Shown here: in pieces, positions 1 to 12,736 of the stretch | Layout of the letters: each line of letters begins with the position of its first letter | How positions within the stretch are numbered: the stretch's first letter is position 1 | Assembly (NCBI RefSeq): GCF_006345805.1 | Contig: NC_043018.1 | Location: forward strand, 10,726,001-10,790,000 | Source: Octopus sinensis | Taxonomy: Eukaryota | Length of the DNA: 64,000 nt | Direction of reading: 5' to 3' | Translations under genes and position numbers: made by a program | Notes under the pieces: model-generated | Databases searched by the model: none | What the model saw: the letters and a program-made list of their open reading frames with translations, nothing else | Told to the model about the DNA's origin: nothing

Positions 1-3000
1 ACTAAATGTTGTTTTAGAACAGCGAAGTGGTGGTAATAGAGGTGGTTAGAGTACAAACTTATAGAAGGAAGTCCCGTCCTGTATAAGTGCTTTTACAGAG
101 AAAATATGATGAGGGAGAGAGGACGAGAGAGTGACGAAAGAGAAAGGGAGCGGGAAAATAAAGTTTGAGAAAATAAATCAAAATTTGAAGAAGAGAGACA
201 AATGAGGTTCGGAGAGAGTTTGAGAGAAAAGAATGAAAGTTTGAGAGAGAAAAAATGAGAGAAAGTTTGATTAAGACCGAATGTTTGAGAGAAAAAAGTA
301 TGGTTTGAAAGGAGTTTGAGAGGGGAAAAAAAGGCCGACGGGGACAGAATTTTTCAGGAAGAGATAAAAAATGAGAAAGTTTGAGAGTGAAGTACTAACG
401 AAAGAAGAGCGAAAGCAAGAGAGAATGGGGATAAATGGGGCGATGAAAGAGATAAAAGGTCCCAGGCCCAGATGAAACACTGTCTTTACGACATCGATTT
501 ACGGTAAGCGACGTCACATGACTCATTTCTATAGCAACGGTATGTCGCGTAGTAACTGCATTATAAATGTTGCACGTAGATTAGGACAAGACGCGACTGC
601 TGGGGGTAGACGACCTAACAACGGCATGCTGGAGGGGGGAGCAGCTACGCAGGAAGGAAAAAGAAATAGCAGCCAAGTCTAACCGCTACAAAAATAAAAT
701 GTGAAGGACGGAGTTAGACCAGATTATATTACACAGGATGGAGTGGGGGCTGTCACGGCAGGAACCCGTTCCAAACAAAAATAAGGCTTCTCGGTGTAAT
801 CTGGGGGGGGGGGCGATAGCCAAAACAGCAATTTAACAAACTTCAAAAATGAAAGTAGGCTTAGTTTACCCGAGTATTTAACTGGTACTGCATTGTTTTT
901 TTTTGTCCCGGAGATGAAATACAAATAAAATGCTTCAAGACGCACACCATCCTTTATATATTACATGCGTGTATGTCACAGGTGTGGTGGTGTGGTTGAG
1001 AAGCTTGTCTCCCAGCCATGAGGTGTCTGGTTCAGTCCCACGGTGCGACATCTTGGGTGTCTTCTTTACCATAGAACCCACGCTGACAAAAAAAGCCTTG
1101 TGAGTGAATTGTGTGGATGACAAACGATGATGCATCCGTGTTATGTTCCATAATTTAAATCCAATGCAATAAAAGGTTACCAAACTGAAAATCCTGTCGG
1201 GCCTGGTCGCTGTTCAAATAACTGAATTCAATAAGAGAATGACTTCTTTTTTCTTTTAAACACAACTGACATTCGATAGCCGAGCACATGGCGACAGCAG
1301 CCTGCTGTAAACCACCACCAGTCCACCTGGTACACGTTTGCATAATGCCAGGGAGCTGATACGAGACAACTCCAGACAAAGCTAAAAACAACAGCCAAAT
1401 ATTACCCAAATCATTCTTCTTCAATGAAGGCATTGCTGGTGTAACTACCCCATGAGGAAGGAAAAGGCGAGGAACTAGGTGAAGTTCCCTTTTTATTTAT
1501 TTCTATATTCCTGCGTTTCACTCAAAAGGAATTACGATGAAGGAAAACCATTACATGTGAACAATTTGGGAGGGGGGGGGAGAAATGATGAATTAATATG
1601 AAAGGCATAACTACAGATTGATGCTCCATCTCTCCTGAGAAATGCATTTTTTTTATTTTGTGCCAACTTTACCGAGATACATCTACGATGGTGTAGACAA
1701 CAGCCATGCTGATAAAATTCAGAAAGCGAAAAAAAGAAATTAGGGCGGGATATTCGAGGATGTTTCAAACCCTAACATTACATAATGTACGCCTTCGAAA
1801 ATGTTATCTCTGCAAAATTTCATTTAGAAGTAATATAAAGAGATGAGGAAACAGGAAAACAGGAGGGAGAATAATGTTTGGAAATTCTTTCAAAGAAAAA
1901 CATTGTCATGAACATAATTTACTATAAATCTAAAAAACAAATAGATTTTAAGAAAAAGTTTTTCAGAAAATTACAAGATAAAATCGAGTGGGGCACTAAA
2001 GTGTAGTTATGTCATATATGTAGTACTACAGTAGTTATGATAAAAAAATTTTTTCATCTATTGTTTTTCTAAGGTGAAAAAAATACTATATTTGGAATTG
2101 CCACTGTATTACAAACCGGTCTGATTTGTGATGAAAGATTTCCAGCCGCGAACAGACCATGTGTGTGTGTGGTGTATAGAGAGAGGGGGTAGGGTCAACA
2201 GATGACACCGAGAGAACCTCAATTATAAAAAAAACACTTTAAATTTCGTCCCCCAAATCCTTACGGATGTCCAAACTTAACTCGAATCGATCAGAGGTAT
2301 TGGAAGAGGCTGAGGTCATTGCTGGGATTAAATCCAGTGATTTTCAAGCAAAATGGTATGTAGATAATTTACTTTAATAACATTTTTCTATTAGTAATTT
2401 TTTGTTCTTAAACAAACACAGGTTTGGTGAGGGGGGTAAAAAAAATATGCCAGCAATGGACCGACCTAGGGCTAAACAAAACCCCTTGTGTTACTTTGGC
2501 ATCATCATTCCATTAAATGTGTTTTAAAGGGGAGAGAACATGTTGAACATCAATTACTTGTCAGCGATAAATGGGGAAGGTACCAGGTGGTCGTGGGATG
2601 TGCTGGAAACACCAGCTAAAATCTCTCTCCCTTAAATCATATAAACCTTTTCGTCTAAAAATTATTTTGAAATTATAAACAGAAACAAATAAGGTTCTGA
2701 CTGTCCGTAGAAAAAGTGGGAGTTTGGGATTGGATGGGGGGGGGGTGAAAAAAAAAGCCTTTTTGCATAAAATCGTTACGATTGAGTGTAAAACACATTC
2801 GTAAAAACTTTCTGAAAATTTCAAAAAATTAAATGATGGGGTTTGTGTGGGTGCTACTAGCGAACAGTGGTCCCGGTGCGCGCACACGCGCTAGCTAGTC
2901 GTAAGTAGTCGATCCTACAAACGACTTTTTAACACTAACCCTAAACCTGATTTTTTAACCCTAACCCTAGTTTCTTTATAAAAATAATTTATTTCGTTTA

Positions 3001-4342
3001 AAAAATTCTTTACTTTGCGTTTTATTTACTTTGTTCGAAAAATTTTATTTAATTTTCTTTGATATGTATTCAGCCTTGAAATACAAACAGGCGCAGGTCG
3101 TTGTAGGATCGACTACTTACGACTAGCTAACGCGGATGCGCGTACCGGGACCACTGTTCGCTGGTAGTACCGTTTGTGTGTGTGTGTGTATTCGAAGATG
3201 GGAGGATGATTTGAAGATTTGGCTGCTATTTTTAGCAAATCCACATACTTTCGAGAGTGAGAAAGGCTTGAATAATATAAGAGTGGAAACGAAAGATTGA
3301 AGTTGACTCAAGGAGACACTCAAAGAGTGAAAACTAGAGAGAGAGAGAGAGAGAGAGAGAGGCAGCCCTCAAGAAGAGATAAAGAGTATAAAAGTACGAA
3401 TTGTATGTGTGTGTGTGTGTTTATGTCTGTGTGTGTGTGTGTGTGTGTGTTTATGTGTGTGTGTGTGTGTCTGTCTGTGTGTGTTTATGTGTGTGTGTGT
3501 GTGAAGAGTACAAAATGAGAGACAAATAGAGTAAGGAAAATTTTCTTAGAAATGAGAAGCTAGAAAATGCTGAAGAGATATGGAAGCAAGTTTAAATGAA
3601 TGGGAGAAAAGATGTCAGTGATGAAGAATGAGAATTAGAAAAAAGCAGGAGTGAAAGATGTTAGTCAGTTAAGAAGACGTAAGTGAAAGGTAATAATGGA
3701 AGCAGAACAGAGATGGGCGTGTCACCCATCCCTTGATGCTGAGACACGAACAAGGATGCGATGCTGTGTTGTCCATCAGGAGAGCCATGTGGGCAATTTA
3801 ATAGCAGTTGCTTTTTACAAAAGAGGGAGGAAGGGTCAATGAGTTTTTGGCTGAGGAAATAAATTACAGGTTTTTTAATATATTTATCTTTCTTTCAACG
3901 AACTTCCTAGTAACTTTTTAGTTGTCTTTCTTATATTATTTGCAGGATCAAGGTATATTATGATCCTTTATATAAGTTTTGGATTTTAATTTTAATTCAC
4001 CTGAAGAAAATTGGTGCGTTTTCTTTTTTTCATGATGTAATTGATTAGTTAATCACTAAATTAAAAAACCTCGTCTGAAATAGCCCTAGTGAACCTCAGA
4101 CCATATGTGTGATTGGCTTGAAAAATTAAAACACTGGGATATTTTCCTAGTTTAGTCTACATAAAACCAATGGTAGCCTGAACTCGCAAATGAAGAAATT
4201 ATATTCACCAATTCGGTGTTGAGCACTCATTTTCACCGATCAACAAAGCGAGAAGACTCGAAACTGGAATATTATATATAAACATAGTAAATGCGGTGCT
4301 CCTACATGGCCGCAGTCTAATGACAGAAACAAGATATACGTG

Positions 4343-4395
<53 letters not shown>

Positions 4396-5758
4396 TATAC
4401 ATACACACAGCACACACGTGTGTTTAAGTGCGACTTCGTTCCTCAGGGTCTGGTCATTATCCTATCGAATGCTCTCTTGGAAAGTGTGGGTGTGTAGTGT
4501 TAGGTGTATATAGTGTGTGAATGTTTCCTCCAGTGATGTATATACAGATAATCACATTCAACGATTAGCACAAAATCAAAGAGATGAATGTTTATACTTT
4601 TTTATTTACAAGATATCCTACACCATTATTTTAACATAGACAAGGTGTATGTGCGAACAAATGTGTGTATATATATATACATACATATATATACACACAC
4701 GTTATTCACACACATTAAACACGTATTCTAACACACATACACGCGCTCACACTTATACACATAGACATATATACCTAAATATATATACACAAGTACACGC
4801 ACATACTTAAATACACACATCATACATACACACACACACACGCGTGAGTATAATTAGCATATGCGGGTGTTCAATAGAGGAGCCAAAGTCAAGCAATGTT
4901 CAATGATGGAACTGCTTTAAATAATGTCTAACGTGTTTAATGATATATATATATATATATATATATATACACGCGCTCACAGAGCAGAGTCATACAATAG
5001 ACAGCTAGTTTAGTAGTATGTCGGTGATATTACTACTACCACCCATACTACTACTACTAGTTCACTTCCAGTAGCTGCTACCCCCACAGACAGGGCAGTT
5101 TGCCAAAGTCGAGAAGTTCTCTTATCTACCGTCTTTTATGGCGCTACCAGAACACCATCGCCACTGCCACCTACTACACTATCACCTTCACAAGCACTAC
5201 CACCACCACCACCCCAAGGCCTAGTCACTCGATCTACTAAGAATAACAGCTAAAGCACACGACCCTCATAAAAGTAAAGAACACTCAAGATATTTAATCC
5301 TATCTACAACGTACATAGAATTATGTACCCACAAAGGTGGGATGGCCATGCCAGGATCGTCGTTAATCCTACGTCTACTCATGCAGGACTGACCTGTGGT
5401 TAAACAACACTAACCACAACCATCAACCAGGATATGAACTAACGGGAGAAAAAAAAAAGATCACATGGTGGTAATTGACCTGTTAGAAATAGCAGTTAAA
5501 TGTCCCTCGTACACACGTTGGATGAGGTTTCCGGACCGGTGGTTAAACTGCAACGCTATTTACCCACCACACAGATCATGGTATGAAGCAACGGTGGTTT
5601 GACCTGGTAGAGAAATAGCAGCCAAATTTCCCTCCAATCACACGTTGGATGAAAGGGATTTTGGGTTGGCGGGACTGTCTGATCATAGGTCTGTCTGCCT
5701 GATCCGGGTTGACCAAGGGCTGAACAAAGGAACCACCACCAACACCATCGACCTATCA

Positions 5759-5789
<31 letters not shown>

Positions 5790-7256
5790 TGACACCAATA
5801 AGCTATAAACAAATATATATTAACAACACGTGCTTTACGCAGTACAAATTATTTTACTATTATTAAACTACACTTTTACATACACACCCACCTTATGTGA
5901 AATGTGGGTGTGTATCTAGAAAGTGTTCTTTCGAGTGCGTATATAGTAATAGAGAAGAGTGTCGAAGAGAGAAGAGAAGAGACAAGGAAGGAGAGAGAGA
6001 GAGAGAAAGACAAGAGGAAAGAGAGAAAGTAAGAAATGGCGAGAGACGAATGGGAAAGACAAAGGATTCAGACAGAAAATGAGAGACAAAGAGAGAAAGG
6101 CCAAGAAGGAGATGAGAGGGGGGAAAAGAAAGAGTAAGAGATTAAGACAATGTCAGAGCGAGAGAGAGAGAGAAAGTGAGAGACAAAGAGATAGAGAGAG
6201 TGAGGAAAAGACAAAGAGACAGAAAAGGACAAAGAAAAAGAGGCTGAGAAAAAAGGACAAAGATGATGAGAAAGAGAGAAATGTAGACATGAGGTTTGGT
6301 TGTTGGATTTGGTCTCCACAACACATAATTAATTAATAATTAATAATAATTAACAGAGAGTAAATTAGCAGCGAAATGAAGAAGAGTCCAGAGGAGAATA
6401 AATCTATATTGGGAAAGCAAGCCAAGGAATTGTACGCAGATAAGGCTGAGGTTTATAGACAAAGAAAATATATACACACACAGAGTGGGTGTGGACAGTT
6501 TAGTATGTATGTATATATATATAATATATATGTATATATATACAGTGTGGCGTTAAGACAAAAGAATAGACGTATGTGTGTATGTATATAATGCACACAC
6601 ACACATTTATATACACAGGCGATGTTACGGTTCTAGTATATTTGCCTATACACACACGTGTGTATATATTATTCGCACATGGAGATATTTGTGTATTATA
6701 TAGATAACTGTAACTTTCCTTTTTTCCCCCCACATGTGGACCACAACAATATAATATAATTCTGCTTATTATATACCACTCACATATGTGTATATTATAC
6801 AATATTTATGCACAGGCAATATATATACATATATATAGATGGATGGATGGATGGATAATGCATGTTGGTGGGTAGATTTTCAGTGAGTATATAATCTCGG
6901 TGTGTATGTATACATACATACATGCCCTTTCGTCTCGCATGGTGACAAGACTACATACAATAATGGTAAGGCACCAACTGACCAGCCAGGATCTCTGCTG
7001 GTGCCGAGAGAAAAGACAAGACCAAAAAATGGTAAGGTGAAACAATGGAACACTGAACGGTGCTAAGAAAAATAGTGAGAGTTTGGTAAGAGAAGGATTT
7101 ATTTTAAGAGGTCTGAGACAAATCAGGTCTTAACTGTTAGGAGAATTATTTGGGAGAGGAGAGTTGGAATAAGGGGCTTTGATATCAGAATAAGCAGATC
7201 GAAAACAGATCATTTTATAGACATACGAGCACACACACACACAATATATATACATA

Positions 7257-7291
<35 letters not shown>

Positions 7292-7561
7292 GTGCGCACA
7301 CGCTTTGTAAATACCTACGTATATGTAGTTATAGGTTATATTATAGTTATGTAAAATATGGTTTGAATGAACGTGTGTCGACATGCAAAGGTTATAGAAT
7401 TCCTAATTAATATAAAATCACAGATGATTATATATAACAGGCGATCTTTAATATATATGCACACACACACACACACACTCACACCTCGATGTGTATATAC
7501 ATATACACCTCGAGGTGTGTATAAGTACGTTTGTAGGTAGGTAGGTAACAATAAAACTTAC
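1..7561 (-). other. Probable KLF intron 1, extending beyond the window start
   Basis: GTAAGT donor at 7561-7556. No exon encoding EKPY..C.W.GC...FARSDELTRH was found by eye in 1-7560. Confidence 0.55.
2850..3171. mobile_element. MITE with ~70-bp TIRs, 9-bp TSD and internal CCCTAA repeats (Mutator/Merlin-like)
   Basis: GGTGCTACTAGCGAACAGTGGTCCCGG...GTCGTAAGTAGTCGATCCTACAA is mirrored at the right end (...CCGGGACCACTGTTCGCTGGTAGTACC). GTTTGTGTG flanks both sides (2841-2849, 3172-3180). Confidence 0.85.
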
Positions 7562-8198
7562 CAGTATGTGTTCGTAGGTGAGTTTTGAGGTGACTGTTCT
7601 TTGTGTATTTTTTTCCACAATTAGGCACATGGCATACATGTACCCGTTTGGGGCCAGCTGCCTTTCGGCCCTTGAGGGGATGAACTGTTTCTGAATCAAC
7701 AACACTGGTGGGAGCGGGAATAAAGTCCGAAGGAGGGGTAAAGATCATTGGAAGATACTGTTGTTGTTGATTTGACATTGGGGGTACATTTTCTGTAGAA
7801 AGTCCACGGGAAACTGGCGACAGTTTCCGCCGCTTCCGTTGTCGGGATGGATCACCTATCAAAACGGTTCCACCCTGCATTAAAGCATTGTTTTCGGTGA
7901 GATTTCTAGAATTCACTTTTACTCTTTTACTCGGTTTCATGACTGGTAAAGCAGGTCTTCTCTTCAGAGTCTGTCTGAGGCCGGCAAATTTACATTCTAA
8001 TTCAGGGGTTACTTGGTAATCGTCTCGGACATATTCTTGCAAGTGGCCATCTTTCTGAAGTTTCATGATTTCGTCCCGATGCAAGAATGTATTGTGTTTC
8101 ATATCGCACAGCTGGCTCGCGGCCACAATCATTTCTTCGATATCTCGGGGGATATCGACCGGACGGACGGTATCTAAGTTTTTAGATTGGGGTGACAT
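7562..8198 (-). CDS. KLF: Kruppel-like factor (KLF) first coding exon: N-terminal regulatory region plus C2H2 zinc finger 1; partial CDS, remaining exons not seen in window
   Basis: ATG in AAAACAATG context at 8198. Translation MSPQSKNLD...GPKRVHVCHVPNCGKKYTKNSHLKTHLRTHTG matches KLF finger 1 (C-x4-C-x12-H-x3-H, K-S-S-H-L-K-A-H-like helix). The exon ends CAT ACT G|GTAAGT, the phase-1 intron in the TGEKP linker typical of KLF genes. Basic NLS-like RQRKRRK and an AAxxL helix (MIVAASQLCDM) are present. Confidence 0.9.
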
Positions 8199-8410
8199 TG
8201 TTTTCCGTTTTATATTTTTATTTTTCTCTCTATCTCTCTTCGTGTGTCTGTGAATGTTTTTTAAGCAAGGGTCGACGAAGGGCGGCTGCGAGGTAGAAAA
8301 GAGAAAAATATGACAAGATGGTTCAACGTGGGTGGTGACAGGTAAAAATGAATGATGTAGTTGGCGGAGGAAAGGAGCCGCACAGCCATTCACAAGCCAG
8401 TAGTCATTCT

Positions 8411-8540
8411 CCAACTAACGAAATTCTAACCAAGCAACTCTTATATATGCCTGCCTGACTGCTGCTGATTGCTCAAACTAAAAGCGCGCCATTCCAAAAG
8501 GGTCAGTTAGTGTTGGGCGTGTCTTCAGATGGGTGGTCAC
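8411..8540 (-). promoter_or_regulatory. Core promoter of the KLF gene: TATA box, Inr and GC/CACCC boxes
   Basis: Minus-strand TATATAAG starts at 8447, 31 nt upstream of the A in an Inr-like TTAGTT (A at 8416). GCAATCAG (CAAT-like) at ~8465-8472, GGGCGTGTC at 8515-8523 and GGGTGG at 8531. Confidence 0.7.
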
Positions 8541-9468
8541 CCCTCTTCACAAACCATCCGGCTTTAGGACTCAAACAAAACAATAACTAACAGAAATTTT
8601 AAATACAAAATACACACACACTCAACGTGAAATGTTTCCTATCAACATTTAGTCACTGACATTATTCAAGGTGAATAAAGTTAAAAGAAAAATACAAAAC
8701 GAAAACCGCGAAGTTTTGTTTCGACGTAGTTTTTTTTGTTGCTAATAACTTGTTTTTTTTTTCAGGCTAAATTCTGTGGAAATCTTTATGAATTGACAGT
8801 TTTAGATATTTTTCATATCATAGAATATTTTCAAGAAAAACTTAAAGCATGGGTTTTGAGTGTGTGTGTTTTATTAGTAAAATCGGATCATCTCTAACAA
8901 TAGACTTCTGTCCTGCATCGGTGAGTGAGGTGACATAGCAACAGAGGACTTGCAAATACACACACACACACATATATATATATACATACATACATACATA
9001 CATACATACTCGCGCGCATAAATATACATATATATATATATAGTGTGTGTATAAATGTGTGAGTGTTGGTACGAACGTGTGTGAGTACATGTATTAAGTG
9101 AGAGTGTATGTGTGTGTATATGTATGAATTTATGTACGCATGTGTATGTAGAAGTATGCGTGTAACTATATGTGTAAGTCATGTATGTATAAAGTGTGTG
9201 TGTGTGTATGAATATGCGTGTGTATGACTGTATGCATGCATGCTAGATATATATAATGAGAGAGGGGGTGTGGCTTAGTTACAGCTGGAGTCAGAAGAGG
9301 GCGGGAACAACAACATACATTTACATTACATTAAGAAAGTTGACAGACACAAAACAGAGACAGAGAATGGAAACCTAATAACATCGTCAATATTTTTCTA
9401 TTAACGACCTCCTTAATCGATAAATTTTACTATCAATAGAAAAAGTTAACCAGTCTTACTTGTTTATT

Positions 9469-9819
9469 GTCTTAGTAGTCCCAAACTCAGCTCTTCCAAC
9501 CGTGACCGTCCCGGTCTTTTTTAATAAGTATTTTAGGACAGGCGTGACAGTATATTGTTGCAAGTTTAGTTTCCCAACGACATAGCTACGAGTTCAGTCC
9601 CTGCATAGCACCTTGGACAAGGGTCTACTACTACTACTACCACCACCACCACCACCACTATGGCCCCGGGTCTTAGTAGTCCCAAAGTCAGCTTTTCCAA
9701 CCGTGACCGTCCCGGTCTTTTTTAATAAGTATTTTAGGACAGGCGTGACAGTTGCAAGTTTAGTTTCCCAACGACATAGCTACGAATTCAGTCCCTGCAT
9801 GGCACCTTGGACAAGGGTC

Positions 9820-9855
<36 letters not shown>

Positions 9856-10130
9856 CACTATGGCCCCGGGCCGACTAAAGCCTTGTAAGCGGATTTGGTC
9901 GGCGGAAAGTGAAAAAAAAACCCGTCTAATACAAGTATATTTCTGTGTGTGAGTGTATTTGTCCCCCACCAATGCTTCACAACCAGTGTTGGTTTGTTTG
10001 TGTCCCCGTAACTTAGCGGTTCGTCAAAAAGAGAAAGAATAAGTTACCCAGCATTTTAAAAGTATTGGGATCGATTTGTGCGACTAAACCCTCCCGGGGC
10101 AGTGCCCCGGCGTGGATGAAACAAGTAAAA
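9469..10130 (+). mobile_element. Degenerate SINE family A with a local ~200-bp tandem duplication of its 5' part and flank
   Basis: GTCTTAGTAGTCCCAAA...GGCCCCGG block occurs at ~9469 and ~9670, followed by SINE-A body and tail. Confidence 0.7.
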
Positions 10131-10310
10131 AAGATGTGTCCAATCCGTCATTTTAGACCAGCCATGATGAGCAAACTGCGGCCCGAGATATTCTGGGTGG
10201 CATACTTAAACGAAAATTATCTTTTTCTTTCTTTTCTTTTCTTTTTTATGTAGCAGGTGTGGCTGTGTGGTATGAAGTCCAACACATTTCTGGTCAATTT
10301 GTGTGGCACT

Positions 10311-10988
10311 TAACACTTTAGCATTTAAACTAGTCATATTTGATCCAAATATCATTATTTCTTTATTGCCCACAAGGGGCTAAACGTGAGGGGACAAACA
10401 AGGACAGACAAAAAGATTCAGTCGATTATATCGACCCCAGTGCGTAACTGGTACTTAATTTATCGACCCCGAAAGGATGAAAGGCAAAGTCGATCTCGGC
10501 GGAATTTGAACTCAGAACATAGCAGCAGACGAAATACCTATTTCTTTATTGCCCACAAGGGGCTAAACATAGAGGGGACAAACAAAGACAGACATAGGTA
10601 TTAAGTCGATTGCATCGACCCCAGTGCGTAACTGGTACTTAATTTATCGACCCCGAAAGGATGAAAGGCAAAATCGACCTCGGCGGAATTTGAACTCAGA
10701 ACGTAATGACAGACGAAATACCGCTAAGCATTTCGCCCAGCGTGCTAACGTTTCTGCCAGCTCACCGCCTTTGATCCAAATATTCTACCTGTTTTATGTT
10801 CAAACTGGTTAATTCTGGCCTCTCACACCTACCCTACAATGTCATTCTAAAAATAAACAACCACATTGTCAAAATCTCAAAGCTAATAGCTAACACGTGG
10901 TTAATTCAAAACAATTTGAATAAATAAGCCTTAACTGAGTAATTTGAATACTAAATGGAATAAATAATCTGAAAACTAAATGGTTAAC
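10311..10988 (-). mobile_element. TTAA-flanked piggyBac-like MITE (family D) interrupted by a dimeric SINE-B
   Basis: TTAACACTTTAGCATT...AAATGGTTAA ends. The SINE-B insert (10353-10769) is bounded by a 14-bp TSD TTTGATCCAAATAT (10339-10352, 10770-10783). Confidence 0.75.
10353..10769 (-). mobile_element. tRNA-derived SINE family B, head plus two tandem body units
   Basis: Reverse complement of GGCGGTGAGCTGGCAGAAACGTTAGC...GAGTTCAAATTCC (B box)...CTTTCATCCTTTCGGGGTCGATAAA...AAAGAAATA, with the body repeated; TSD present. Confidence 0.85.
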
Positions 10989-11668
10989 TCTAAAACATTT
11001 AAACCTACCCCCATCCAGTCAAAATATTTTCCCTGTGTTATATTCAAAGTTAAGTTAAAGATTAAGTTCAAGATTTAATAAATGTATCTTATTACAATTA
11101 TTGGTGGCTTTGACTTATGAAAAGTGGTGGAAATGGCACCACAATGTTTACTATCGACTGTTGGTTTGTTTACAAACATGGCCATCCCATTTATACACAC
11201 TTATCTTTATTGAAGTCAACATCACTGACATTTGTGGTTAAGTTACAAAATATTAATTAGTCTGGGTAGAAGTTTTGTAAGAGATACATTTACAGTTCAT
11301 TTTACAAGGCATTGAAAGCATCTGAATCACCTCTAGCCACTTACCCTTACCATAACCGGTTTCATATTTAAACTAGTCATATCCACCCTCTCATACCTAT
11401 CCTGCAATGTCATTCAAAATGAAACAATCACATCATCAAAATCTCAAAGCTACAAGATAATGTGTGGTTAATGTTTAAGTGAAGCAGGGATATCACCAAT
11501 GTCCAGCCCCATTTTCTATTTCTTTTTTTTTTTTTTTCCACATTTTGTAGATTGGATCTTCTTTCTTTTTCTGTTGATTCTCTTAACATTGCATTTAGTT
11601 AGGGACCTAACTTGAACCTGCATCTGCAGAATTTGACATAAAATCAGTTGAAATGATGCACCAATCAA

Positions 11669-11882
11669 TTTAACACTTTAGCATTTAAACCAGTCATATT
11701 TGATCCAAATATTGTTATTTCTTTATTGCCCACAAGGGGCTAAACATAGAGGGGACAAACAAGGAAAGACAAAGGGATTAAGCTGATTAGATTGACCCCA
11801 GTGCGTAACTGGTACTTAATTTATCGACCCTGAAAGGATGAAAGGTAAAGTCGACCTCAGCGGAATTTGAACTCAGAACATA
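11669..11882 (-). repeat. Partial duplicate of the MITE-D/SINE-B junction at 10311-10520
   Basis: Same TTAACACTTTAGCATTTAAAC.AGTCATATTTGATCCAAATAT-SINE tail junction. Confidence 0.7.
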
Positions 11883-12508
11883 ACTTAAGTTATCAGTTAA
11901 AACTTGTTACATTGCTGAACTGAGGGAGAGAGAGAGAGAGAGACAGACAGACAGATAAATGGAGAAAGAATATGAGAGAGAGAGAAATGGATAAAGCAAA
12001 AGAGAAACAGATAAGGTGAAAGAGAGAGGTAGAATTTGAGAGAGATAAATGGAGAAGAAAAAGAGAATATGAGAGAGAAATGGATGAGAGAGAGAGAGAG
12101 AGAGACAATGAATTGACACCAATAACGGGTTTTTGGTGCTTTTTTGCCCCAGCATTAAGTAACTTGCTATCCACTTGGAACTGGTCAACAGGTTTCTTTC
12201 ACTCAAGCAGTAGCTGCACAGCAAGAACAAATTTCCATGGGTTACAATGATTTTTACCATTTTTCAAACAATGCCAGTATCATGATTTCAATGCAAAACC
12301 ATTGCTGTACAATCAGATTCCAACCTATTAAACATGAAACGAAAAGCAATGGAGACGATGAAGGCAAAGTGTTCTTGTTGATGGATTTACCTGACATGGG
12401 TTTCAGCAGTGCCATTTGTAGGGTGTATGCTGCAAATGCCAGTTTCCATGAATGCTTCTGTCTACAACTTCTTTGTAAAATGGGAGTTTCAAGTTTATTC
12501 CAAGACCT

Positions 12509-12736
12509 TTAACTCTTTAGTGTTTAAACTGGCCATATCTGGCCTAAATATTCTACATGTCTTATATTCAAATGGGCTATATCTAGCCTCTCGCTCTTAA
12601 CTTTACATTGACACTTCAAAAATAAACAATCACATCCTTGAAACCTCAAAACTGTAAGATAATGCATGATTAATTAAAAACAATTTGAGTGAAAAATTAT
12701 TACATTTAACAGAGTAATCCGAACACTAAAGGGTCA
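12509..12736 (-). mobile_element. MITE family D (TTAA/piggyBac-like)
   Basis: TTAACTCTTTAGTGTT...AACACTAAAGGGTCAA ends; internal sequence shared with the other family D copies. Confidence 0.7.

Noticed and set aside
8199-8414. N-terminal 72 codons of the 311-aa ORF (7479..8414) and its last residues past HTG
   Set aside because: It starts at TTG right at the predicted TSS, so this part is most likely 5'UTR; the C-terminal KFYCYL... is intron read-through after the GT donor.
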